From Microthyrium microscopicum (taxonomy: Eukaryota), in NCBI GenBank assembly GCA_010405405.1, contig MU004238.1, positions 259,530 to 323,529 of the forward strand: DNA of 64,000 nt. The letters are read 5' to 3'. Numbering within the stretch: the stretch's first letter is position 1; each line of letters opens with the position of its first letter. Below the pieces are notes generated by a model that saw only the letters and a program-made list of their open reading frames with translations, searched no databases and was not told where the DNA came from. This document shows positions 14,262 through 23,072 of this stretch, piece after piece. The position numbers were made by a program, and so were the translations under genes.

Positions 14262-14429
14262 ATGAGTTGCCAAAGAACTGTAGTATCGACAACCTGCCAC
14301 CATGGGTGAATTAAGAAGGCGCCATGTCAGATTGTGAAAGTTGAAGGCAGATCCGGCAGATGGGAAGCATTTCCAGAATCAGCCAGAATTGAGCTCTGTC
14401 CGCAGTGTATGACAAAGCCCCAGGTCTGA
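14262..14429 (+). pseudogene. Cys/His microprotein A6, nonsense mutation
   Basis: MSCQRTVVSTTCHHG*IKKAPCQIVKVEGRSGRWEAFPESARIELCPQCMTKPQV*; TGA at 14307-14309 aligns to Trp of A3-A5 and A7; TATAAAT at 14177. Confidence 0.8.
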
Positions 14430-14720
14430 ACAGATATTTTCTGCCTCATAGGCTAGTCATAACCCGTGTCATCGTAGATGTCAGTTTAATACTCAGTGTA
14501 GTCAAGCAATTGCAGTATCTCATCTATTGATAGTGACATGCTTGAAAGTGCACGGAAGAAAAGAAGACCGAACGGCAGCAGCATACTATAAGAAGAAACA
14601 GTGAAGTCGACGTCTCAAAGAGATATAAATAAAGCCGTTGGGAGCACAGTTCTCATGATTAGTTCGTGCTTAACCTGAACATTGAAAATATAAACCCAGA
14701 ATCTAGACAAACATACGAAT

Positions 14721-14876
14721 ATGTGTTGGAGAGTAACAGTTTATTCCATAGAATGCGGACATCGTTGGGTCAAAAAGGAGCTAGAACCTTGCCGCCCATC
14801 GGCACAGACAACTTATCCCTGTGCTTTGGCTGAATTCAAAGAAGTAGCCAGAGGGGGTTTATGTCCAGACTGCTAG
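14721..14876 (+). CDS. Cys/His microprotein A7 (51 aa)
   Basis: MCWRVTVYSIECGHRWVKKELEPCRPSAQTTYPCALAEFKEVARGGLCPDC*; TATAAAT at 14624. Confidence 0.85.
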   Translation: MCWRVTVYSIECGHRWVKKELEPCRPSAQTTYPCALAEFKEVARGGLCPDC

Positions 14877-15296
14877 TAGGCGGCTCAATACTTGCATAGG
14901 TAGAGAGAGCATAAGAGATCGGAGCGAGGCCAAACACTAGTTCTTTACGTATATAGGAGCAATTCAATCATAAGAGGCTTTTGAGCCGTTTGAGTTTCAG
15001 GGACGGTGCCAGATGTGATGCTCTAGGTGAAAAGGAGGTCTAGAAGCAACAATTTGTTCTAGAGGTCGTAGGACAATAGATGCCAATCTGACAGTTAAAA
15101 TCATGGAACAACTATAGCGTCTCATTTGGTGATAGCTAACAATTACAAATCCGTATGAAGAAAAGAGAATTGAATATTAATAACTCCTCATGTGGACAGA
15201 GATATAAAGACAAACCATTGGGACCACGTATCTTATGATGTGGCGTGTCAAATCTCACAATTAAAATTATCCCCAACATTCATAACAAATTGAACC

Positions 15297-15494
15297 ATGT
15301 GCTGGTACGTATTCGCATTGTTCATAGGGTGCCATCATCGCTATGAGCTGGAGGAACCTTGTCAAGTGGCAAGAGCAGGCCGACGATGTGGTTGGAAGGA
15401 CACCAAAGACGCAGCTAGAGGTGGGATATGTCCTATATGCCAGACGCTATTCAATAATGGAATGGATTGGGAGAGTATGAGCCGCTTTGGCTGA
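15297..15494 (+). CDS. Cys/His microprotein A8 (65 aa)
   Basis: MCWYVFALFIGCHHRYELEEPCQVARAGRRCGWKDTKDAARGGICPIC...; TATAAAG at 15203; leader similar to that of A7. Confidence 0.85.
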   Translation: MCWYVFALFIGCHHRYELEEPCQVARAGRRCGWKDTKDAARGGICPICQTLFNNGMDWESMSRFG

Positions 15495-16394
15495 ATATCA
15501 CATCTGCTCTTACATAGGAGGTTTCCAATCAAATTGGGCCTTTCCAATTGTTCCCAGCACCCAGTCATTGTTCCAGGCCTGAAGGTTCTCCAGAAGAGGA
15601 GAATGAGTAGGAGCCAAAAGCTTTCTTACAGACGTGACTAACCAGGCGACAAGAAGAGAGAGAGAGGCGGGATTATAGTGTTGAAGACGCTATGTGGATT
15701 TAGATTATATTTCAAGTTTCACAGACTACTGAACTGTTATTCAATTAATGTTTCGGCTTTGAAGAGGATTCTCTGGGAGGAAGTAGTCAGATGGTCACTG
15801 CTACACTCGTAGAGGAAATATGGTCTAACACATGACAAATGAAAGGTAATCGTACAAGACCCCTTAATTTATTGCTGCGCTAAGCGCTATCGATATTCGG
15901 TTATATAATTTAAGTTGAGAGGGAACAGAAATACGAGGAATACCGCGTATTCATTTTACTGCGCACTCGAACAGTGGATCATTATCTAGTCCCACGAGTG
16001 ACTAGAAAATGTCATAATAAATATAGTTATCAATCACAAAATACTAAGATATCAAAATGTACCGGAGCTTCTGATCGCTTTCTCGCTAATGATCAGAATC
16101 AACACTACCAACCAAAAGTTCCAGCTGTTCTGATATCGCTCAGTGTCATTGTATAGTGTCCATTTTCTCACCGCCCACTGCTGAACGACAGTCCCAGTTG
16201 TGTGTCAGATGAACATCATCCTGCGCGACCTCTTTACTCATAAAGAGCGTCATTACTGGAACGTTGCTTCACTTCAGTCAAACAACATCATCGGAGCAAT
16301 GTCCCCCAAATCGGTATAAAAAGAGCTGCTTCCACACTTATCGCTGCCTTCATCTCATTATAGACTCAGATCAAGCGCCTCTTCATCAATCAAG

Positions 16395-16547
16395 ATGTGT
16401 AAAGTAACGACCGTCACATTCCTAGACTGCAAACATATTACGATAATCAATGACTATTGCAATGACTGGTATATCGCCCATCGCCTGTGCGATCGCACCA
16501 TCTATGAAGGTGATACCAAACCTGGCAGCTGTGTGAACTGTCCTTAA
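16395..16547 (+). CDS. Cys/His microprotein A9 (50 aa)
   Basis: MCKVTTVTFLDCKHITIINDYCNDWYIAHRLCDRTIYEGDTKPGSCVNCP*; GGTATAAAAAG at 16313. Confidence 0.85.
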   Translation: MCKVTTVTFLDCKHITIINDYCNDWYIAHRLCDRTIYEGDTKPGSCVNCP

Positions 16548-16730
16548 GAGCGGGAGGTGAAGACTTTGAAAGTCACGATAGAAGTATAACTCAAAACGGG
16601 CAGATGTAACAGAAAGCCTTTCAAAGTTGAGTATAAATATGAGCCTAAGGTCTAATCCCACGTTTATCTTTTTCCTGTTTGTCTCACTCCAGAACCCCCT
16701 ATCCAACTTCTAAAGCTCTTTCTAAGTAAG

Positions 16731-16934
16731 ATGTGCAAAGTTCTCTGGGTCATAGGCTACGACTGTGGACACTCAACCACTGAAAGTCAATACTGTAATA
16801 ACGACTTGTTCGGTAATTGCTTATGTGACAGAGTAGTTACCTTCCAAAAAGTTTCCCGCACTGGGAGATGTACTAGCACTTGTACAGGGAAAGGTTGGTT
16901 AGCAGATACGAAATACGAGCCAGTGTGGAAGTGA
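16731..16934 (+). CDS. Cys/His microprotein A10 (67 aa)
   Basis: MCKVLWVIGYDCGHSTTESQYCNNDLFGNCLCDRVVTFQKVSRTGRCTSTC...; TATAAAT at 16632. Confidence 0.85.
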   Translation: MCKVLWVIGYDCGHSTTESQYCNNDLFGNCLCDRVVTFQKVSRTGRCTSTCTGKGWLADTKYEPVWK

Positions 16935-17076
16935 ACTCGTGGGAAGCAAATGCATTTATGTAACATAGCAATACTCAAAGCAGGTATAAAGGTAGCCTAG
17001 TCTATACCTTCCTATCCTCCTCCTCTTCGTTTCGCTGAATACTTCCAACCAACTCTCAAAAATCGCTCTAACCAAG

Positions 17077-17256
17077 ATGTGCAAAATTCTCTATGTCACG
17101 ATTTACAGCTGTGGACACTCAATTTCTGAAAGTAAATACTGCAATGATAAGCTCACGGGAAATTGTTTATGCGAAAATGTTCTTACCATCAAAGAAATTT
17201 ACCGTTTTAATAGGTGTGCTAGTACTTGTACTACCTCTTGGGCGGCAGGTACATGA
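17077..17256 (+). CDS. Cys/His microprotein A11 (59 aa)
   Basis: MCKILYVTIYSCGHSISESKYCNDKLTGNCLCENVLTIKEIYRFNRCASTCTTSWAAGT*; GGTATAAAG with TATA at 16985. Confidence 0.85.
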   Translation: MCKILYVTIYSCGHSISESKYCNDKLTGNCLCENVLTIKEIYRFNRCASTCTTSWAAGT

Positions 17257-17433
17257 AACCCCTTGGTAATTCGCGACAGCGTGATATGCAACTCCTGGAG
17301 ATTATATGTAATTATGTAGCATAGCAAATACCGAAGATTGGGTATAAAAGAAAGCCTATTTTATGACTCCCTATCCTCTTTACCTTTGCCTCAGCCAATA
17401 TTTCCATCTGAGCTTTCTGAAAATCGCTCTGAA

Positions 17434-17607
17434 ATGTGCAAAGTTCTCTACGTTACGTTCTACTGCTGTGGACACTCTAGTACTCACACAAAATACTTTA
17501 AGGACGAGTTCGTCGCAGACTGCTTATGCAATAATGTTATCATATTCCAAGAACTCTACAGCCACGACAATTGTATCACTTGTGTTACTGAGCACCTACC
17601 TAGGTAG
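17434..17607 (+). CDS. Cys/His microprotein A12 (57 aa)
   Basis: MCKVLYVTFYCCGHSSTHTKYFKDEFVADCLCNNVIIFQELYSHDNCITCVTEHLPR*; GGTATAAAAG at 17341. Confidence 0.8.
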   Translation: MCKVLYVTFYCCGHSSTHTKYFKDEFVADCLCNNVIIFQELYSHDNCITCVTEHLPR

Positions 17608-18003
17608 CCAAGGGAAGAAACTTGGGTTTTCGCAGGAACATGGTGTTTAATAAGTCTCTATTGCATATATCGTTCTCAGCAAGATGGCAAGTTCCATGAC
17701 GAGAACAGCAAGTTGCGTAACGAAATCATCCGCTTGAAGGACAAGGAAATCAAGCGACTTAAGGAGGAGAATGATCAACCGAAGAAAGAGTCGGCTTTCT
17801 TGTCATTTCTATTTTCCGAGTAGGGCAGTCACAGACTTTACTCACTACTATAGTCTATCACAAGACAATATCAATACATTGGGCACCAAAAGTGTCCTAC
17901 CACCATGGGCATAAAAGCGATCCTATTTTGCCCATGGCTTTTCAATGTTCGTCTCACTCTATACATCGAATCAAGCGTCCTAAAAACTGTCTTATCAAAC
18001 GAT

Positions 18004-18159
18004 ATGTGCAAGACTCTCTACACCACACACTGGTTCTGCGGACACATCAGTACTGAAATGAGGCACTGCGAGGGGACGCATAATGCGACCTGTTTCCATG
18101 ATTATACCTATTATGAAGAAATCTTCCATCTAGTTTTCAAGTGTCCGGGTTGTTCTTAG
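18004..18159 (+). CDS. Cys/His microprotein A13 (51 aa)
   Basis: MCKTLYTTHWFCGHISTEMRHCEGTHNATCFHDYTYYEEIFHLVFKCPGCS*; variant GGCATAAAAG at 17908. Confidence 0.8.
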   Translation: MCKTLYTTHWFCGHISTEMRHCEGTHNATCFHDYTYYEEIFHLVFKCPGCS

Positions 18160-18346
18160 ATGTCGGAAGATGGAAACGTAGTAGCTTGTCACAATTGAAC
18201 ATTTGGTTTGAAAAGGAACCAAGGTGATGAAGTCATATTCCCATAATCAATTGCAAAAGGAACTCTGATTCACATCTCTCTTCTTTGCGGCCGGACCGGT
18301 TTCTACATTCAGTCAAAAGGCTCAAAGATGTATCACGGTAATAAAG

Positions 18347-18502
18347 ATGTGCAAAGTCGTTTGGACAACGTTGGCGTCTGGATATGTTTCATGTTCTCAC
18401 CAATATTATAAAAATTGGGATATTGAGCGCCATTCATGTGCCAACACCATTTAGGAAGAAACTAGGATCTGTGGCTCCTGCGAAGCCTGTGGTCCGAAAT
18501 AA
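18347..18502 (+). pseudogene. Cys/His microprotein A14, nonsense mutation
   Basis: MCKVVWTTLASGYVSCSHQYYKNWDIERHSCANTI*EETRICGSCEACGPK*; TAG at 18452-18454; TATA position reads TTGCAAAAG. Confidence 0.78.
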
Positions 18503-18658
18503 GTAGGGAAAGGCATTATCACACTTGGGCTGTTTGTAGCGATTAGAAATGGTACATCGCTGTAAACGTGACCGATATATATCCAAAAGTTAGGTGTAAA
18601 GATAAACATGACTTGCTCTTGAACTTTTCACATTCGTCTTGCTCATAACAATTTTTCA

Positions 18659-18844
18659 ATGTGATGTATCTACTGTACTACCACCAAGTTTCTAGGCTCC
18701 GAACATGTGTCAATCGACAGGTCATATTGTCAATGCCACATCGTACGTAGCTTGAGTGTCCGCATAAAATAGAATTCCATCACAAGCGCTGGAAGCTATA
18801 CATCTTGTCCTGTTTTGCCATGGAAAGCTCATGAGAAGCCATAA
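18659..18844 (+). pseudogene. Strongly decayed microprotein A15
   Basis: M*CIYCTTTKFLGSEHVSIDRSYCQCHIVRSLSVRIK*... aligns to A18 (VITSKFMNCPHVIVDTTYC); TATA position reads GGTGTAAAG. Confidence 0.65.
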
Positions 18845-19090
18845 CAGTGATCTGCTTGAAGAAAAAAGAAACTTTGGAAGGCATGGGCTCTGATATCACC
18901 TGAGAATTCCTAATTTTCAGGCCTAAACATCACCCTATGTACATGGGCTTGTGCTGAATCACTTGCATACGTGGTGAAGCAATTATCCCCAAAATCAGGT
19001 ATAAAAGCAAGCCCAATCCACACCTTCTTGCTGGCCCTTCGTCTCACACCCAAAAACCTATCATACAACCTAAAGATTGCCTTACTCAAC

Positions 19091-19243
19091 ATGTGTAAAG
19101 TCACTGATGTCTCATGGATGGAATGTCCCCATACCAGGCGTGACTATGATTACTGCGATGAAGGAAAAGCCAATGACGCCCTGTGCGATCAGACGACAAT
19201 TCATAAAGTGAAATGCAACGGTGCCTGTATCTTATGTGCTTAA
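19091..19243 (+). CDS. Cys/His microprotein A16 (50 aa)
   Basis: MCKVTDVSWMECPHTRRDYDYCDEGKANDALCDQTTIHKVKCNGACILCA*; GGTATAAAAG with TATA at 19000. Confidence 0.85.
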   Translation: MCKVTDVSWMECPHTRRDYDYCDEGKANDALCDQTTIHKVKCNGACILCA

Positions 19244-19424
19244 GGCAAGGGAACAATTGGGTTCGTAAGAGCTGAAAATCACCTGAGGTCGTAAGTGATG
19301 AAGTAGTATGGTATTTAGGTACAAGAATGAACTCAGTCCACATCTGTTGTTTTTGACCCTTCGTCTCACGATCAACATTCTATCATACATACCTACTTAC
19401 TTCTAAAGAAATGCCTAAATCAAT

Positions 19425-19577
19425 ATGTGTAAAGTCGTTAGGATCACATGGATGTACTGCACCCAAACCGTAGAGGAGTGTACATTTTGCGACGAAGGAA
19501 AAATTCTGGAAGTTCTATGCTCTGTAACCATCGTCCAAGAAGTCATCCGTCCGGCCTTCTGTAAGTGTTGTTGGTAA
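19425..19577 (+). CDS. Cys-rich microprotein A17 (50 aa; His replaced by Gln)
   Basis: MCKVVRITWMYCTQTVEECTFCDEGKILEVLCSVTIVQEVIRPAFCKCCW*; TATA position reads GGTACAAGA, so the copy may be decaying. Confidence 0.72.
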   Translation: MCKVVRITWMYCTQTVEECTFCDEGKILEVLCSVTIVQEVIRPAFCKCCW

Positions 19578-19751
19578 GAGAGTGAAATATCTGAGCTTGT
19601 AGTAATTGAAGATATTAACTTGAAAACAAAAGTGATGAAGTAATATGTCCAAAATTAAGTATAAAAGCCAGCCTAGTCCACGTCTTTCTTCTGCCCCTTC
19701 GTCTCAACATCAATATTCTATTCTACATCTTCAAAGGTCGCCTTATTCAAC

Positions 19752-19934
19752 ATGTGTAAAGTAATTACCTCCAAATTCATGAACTGCCCACATGTCATAG
19801 TTGACACTACGTATTGCGATGTTGGTAAACTCATTGCCCACCTGTGCGATCGCACCATCTTCGAAGATGAGACCCGTCTAAACTGTTGTCAGTACTGGGA
19901 CGGCTGTTGTTCATCCTGTAGAGCTAAAAAATGA
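19752..19934 (+). CDS. Cys/His microprotein A18 (60 aa)
   Basis: MCKVITSKFMNCPHVIVDTTYCDVGKLIAHLCDRTIFEDETRLNCCQYWDGCCSSCRAKK*; TATAAAAG at 19660. Confidence 0.85.
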   Translation: MCKVITSKFMNCPHVIVDTTYCDVGKLIAHLCDRTIFEDETRLNCCQYWDGCCSSCRAKK

Positions 19935-20117
19935 GAGAAGAGACCATAATAGTTCTTAATAATTGAGATTTCAGCCTGGAAGCAAACGTAGCAAAGTAAT
20001 CTCCCCAAAATCAGGTATAAAAATGAACTCAATCAACGTCTTTGTCCTGCTGCTTCGCCTTACCCCAAAAAATTTCTCAAATATCCAAAAGATCGCCTGA
20101 CTGGTTTGTGTTTGAAC

Positions 20118-20290
20118 ATGTGTTCTTATCTACCGATATAAAGACTGCTCACATGTCACAGTTGACCATGGATATTGCGATGATTGGTATGTGGTTCGCC
20201 GTCTATGTGAAAAAAAAAACCCTTCCAACAACACACCAAGGCAAGCCACTGTGTGTCCATTCGGTGTCCATGTGCCGTCATCCCATTATC
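20118..20290 (+). pseudogene. Microprotein A19, frameshifted
   Basis: ATG TGT at 20118 stops after 7 codons; a shifted frame gives YKDCSHVTVDHGYCDDWYVVRRLCEK (close to A9); second shift in the A run at 20210-20219; GGTATAAAAA with TATA at 20016. Confidence 0.78.
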
Positions 20291-20348
20291 AAATCCCTGC
20301 TGCAATGGCAAACTCGCTAAGAATTCAAATTATATTCCAAAGACAACA

Positions 20349-21521
20349 CTACCGTCTTTGCCCCTGACCATACTCATTTGCCCATTCCCTCACCTTACTC
20401 TTCCCCTCCCATCCAACACCCATCGCCCACTCGATATGGTCCTCCAAAGTCAACCAGCCTCTCTTCCTGTCCAGCACAGCCGCATGCAAAACATCCTTCC
20501 ACTCAGCCCAAAACTGCATCTCACTCTTCACCGCCCACTGATTCGAAGAACCGTGTGCTTCCTCCGGCGCCAAGGCCGCATACGGCCACACCGCTGTCAT
20601 GACCTCAAACCTCCTCGTCTGATTCGGCTGAAAGACAGCTGCTAGCGCCTGATACCACGGCCTCGCAGGCACACTCTCCACCACAAGCTTTGAATGCGTG
20701 ACCGGAAACGTGATGGAAAGATCACCTTTGTACCCTGTGGAGGCAATGAGATTACGTATCTGGCCTTCTAAATAGGTCGTGTTCCAATTGGTAACCGTCT
20801 TAGTAAGCGTAAAACTGCGTGGGTCAGATCGCATTCGAGCAGCGTCCATTTTCGCATCCACACGGCTCTTAACTGACCTCTTTTCTTTAATCGGTTCGCC
20901 TACGTAGCGGGCCACCCATTCTTCTAGGCCGCCTTTTACAATCGGCACAGTACTAGGCTCTCGGCCACCGCGCCAGCCGGGCGCGGAGTCGTTGAGGAGC
21001 GTAACGAAGTTCCAGGCGCTGTCGCCTGAGTCGGGTGGATGGACGAAGTAGCGCAGCATGCTGATCCGGATGTCAAAGTCTGTGCTGTTGGGATTGTAGG
21101 ACAGGGCGCCCTTGCCGGTGATGCGAATTTGCGGGTGGGGAGGGAGTTTCGCATGCCGCCGGAGGAGTTTTAAGAGTGCTGGTGCGGAGATTGAGTAGGC
21201 TGGGTCCGTAATTGTGAGGGTGTCGAGATCTTTGGAGAGAGTGGCGCCGGGAATGCGGTATAGACTAAAGTCAATGGGAATGCTGCCAGGGATACTGGAT
21301 GGTGGTGGAGGAGGCCTTGAATTTATTGGGGTTGCTGATGGAGTCGGGCCGGTATAGCTTGGTGGAAGGTCATCCGGGGGATCCTCGTCTTGGTATGGTC
21401 CTGGATCCAATGGGTCTCTACTTCTTGTAGTTGATGTTGGTGATGTTGGCGGCAGGGAATGTGATGATGCGCCTGGAGTTGACAATTCTCCAACTGGGCG
21501 TCGGGTGGGTTTTCGATCCAT
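20349..21521 (-). CDS. Uncharacterised fungal protein with N-terminal Pro-rich region and PPSY motif
   Basis: Long ORF; probable start MDRKPTRR; probable in-frame 63-nt intron 20815-20877 (GTCAGT..CTGAC..CAG). Confidence 0.75.
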   Translation of the reverse strand: MDRKPTRRPVGELSTPGASSHSLPPTSPTSTTRSRDPLDPGPYQDEDPPDDLPPSYTGPTPSATPINSRPPPPPSSIPGSIPIDFSLYRIPGATLSKDLDTLTITDPAYSISAPALLKLLRRHAKLPPHPQIRITGKGALSYNPNSTDFDIRISMLRYFVHPPDSGDSAWNFVTLLNDSAPGWRGGREPSTVPIVKGGLEEWVARYVGEPIKEKRSVKSRVDAKMDAARMRSDPRSFTLTKTVTNWNTTYLEGQIRNLIASTGYKGDLSITFPVTHSKLVVESVPARPWYQALAAVFQPNQTRRFEVMTAVWPYAALAPEEAHGSSNQWAVKSEMQFWAEWKDVLHAAVLDRKRGWLTLEDHIEWAMGVGWEGKSKVREWANEYGQGQRR

Positions 21522-23072
21522 TGTGCATCTGTGTCTGGGAGGATAATATGGGTTAATAAACCACAAACAAAATAGAAAATATTCAAGAGTAGGAAGTGGG
21601 CCAGGAGCTCAAAATGGGATGAAATAGTGAGTCCATAAGTTGTAGCCTTGCGATGATTGCATAAAAGTGTGGCTGTGCAACATCAACCACAACCTGGGGC
21701 TTATCCAATGGGAGCACTTTGCGATAGAGAATTCGCGGATTGCTTCCTCAATCGATTTAGTGACTTACAATACGATGTGGCGTTTGTGATCATCGGCGTC
21801 AGGAAACGTGGTTGTCCAACTTCAGTTCAAGATCTAGGATTGATTTCGTACACGAAGTTGGAGAGCTACTTTACATCTATCAAATTGGTACCTAGAGGTC
21901 ATGGTCCTCATCAGTAGTACCAGAGACTTCGAAATATACATCAGTTGAAGGATAGCAGCATCCAGCCCTTATACAGTGATCAAGATGAAATATCGAGGCA
22001 AGTGAGGCATTACTAGAACTACATCAAGTGCATGCAAGCTGCTCCTAGAAATGCCAACGAGTTATAACTGCAGTGACGCTGCCTTCTTACCGGTTTGTAG
22101 AGATATGATTTTGTGCGTTTCAAGAATTTTGCCAATAAGTCTGATGATTCCTCCATCGCCAATCTTAACGGTGCTGTCTGAATTCACAATGAATGGTATT
22201 CTTTCCATGAGAAGTCGATAGTCTGCACAGTTTCGCTAGTTGGTTTCGCTGGGACATGCTCATTCATTACAATATCTGGATTATACCTTGCACTCGGAGA
22301 AGTCTGTACTGGTCTCGACAGCTAGAAAAATATTGAAATCTCTAATATTGGTAAAATGAATGGTGCAAGGCAATCCACTGTTATGTTGGTTGTTGAGGCG
22401 GAGAAATGGATGCGGCATTAATATGTGGACGAGCCTCAAGTAGCCGAGAGGATTTCCGCGTCCCGAAAGTTATCAAGCGCCATAACTCGTGACAGACAAT
22501 GCGGTAAAGTCGCGGTGAGAACTAGATGATGGGATTCGGTTGCTGAACTTCAGATGCACATGCACGCATAGAAGAGCTGATCTAAGTCTTCAAATTATTG
22601 TACTTAGAGTTGAAGACTTCAGAGATCCGAGGCTGGCCAAAGTCTGAACCCCTTTATCAATCGACTTTTGCCGATGGGATCGACCAATGACAAGGCAGGG
22701 TTGAGCTCCCCAGCTCTTGCACATCGTTCGTTGAGGCTCATGTTGGCACTAATGAGTCAGATGAAGGTGCTGAATGCTCGCGATTGTAATATTTGATTTT
22801 ATAGAAAGGTAGAGAGAAAAGATTTAGAGATGTATAAAACGGTTGCCATGAAAACGGGCTCGGAAAGAGGATCCGGATTTGTCCGAGTATCGCACAGTAA
22901 GCATCGCGGGCCGTGCTTGCCAAGACTGTCTGCAAAGTTTTTGTCGGCGCATCTCTCTCTCAGTTCCTCAACTCCGTACAAAACATCCTTTCTGTCCTCT
23001 CCATCTTCCCATCTACTTCACATCTCCCTCTCCACTCTCTACTCTTTGTTCAGTGCTTAAAAGTCCTTCGCA

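Larger units (their letters stand above)
11438..20290 (+). repeat. Tandem array A of Cys/His microprotein genes (14 intact, 5 pseudogenes)
   Basis: 19 head-to-tail units, each with an ATG-TGY-type start (degraded in some pseudogenes), conserved Cys/His spacing and usually an upstream TATAAA. Confidence 0.92.

Noticed and set aside
14307..14309. In-frame TGA in A6 as selenocysteine or readthrough
   Set aside because: It aligns to a Trp (TGG) in paralogues, and A6 has also lost other conserved Cys; a simple nonsense mutation.
17338..17433. Upstream in-frame starts given by the ORF track (also 17905, 18971, 45795, 47275, 48273, 48832)
   Set aside because: Most start at or before the TATA box or use non-ATG codons; homology begins at the Met-Cys in all paralogues.
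11438..20290. Arrays as small secreted cysteine-rich effectors or defensins
   Set aside because: No signal peptide; Cys at position 2, a conserved His and Cys/His swaps fit metal ligation better than disulfides.
11438..20290. Arrays as classical metallothioneins
   Set aside because: Most copies have only 6-9 Cys in 50-67 aa, with many aromatic and branched hydrophobic residues; metallothioneins are much richer in Cys and largely lack these.
11438..20290. CRISPR or satellite repeat
   Set aside because: Eukaryotic context with no identical direct repeats; conservation is at the codon level.
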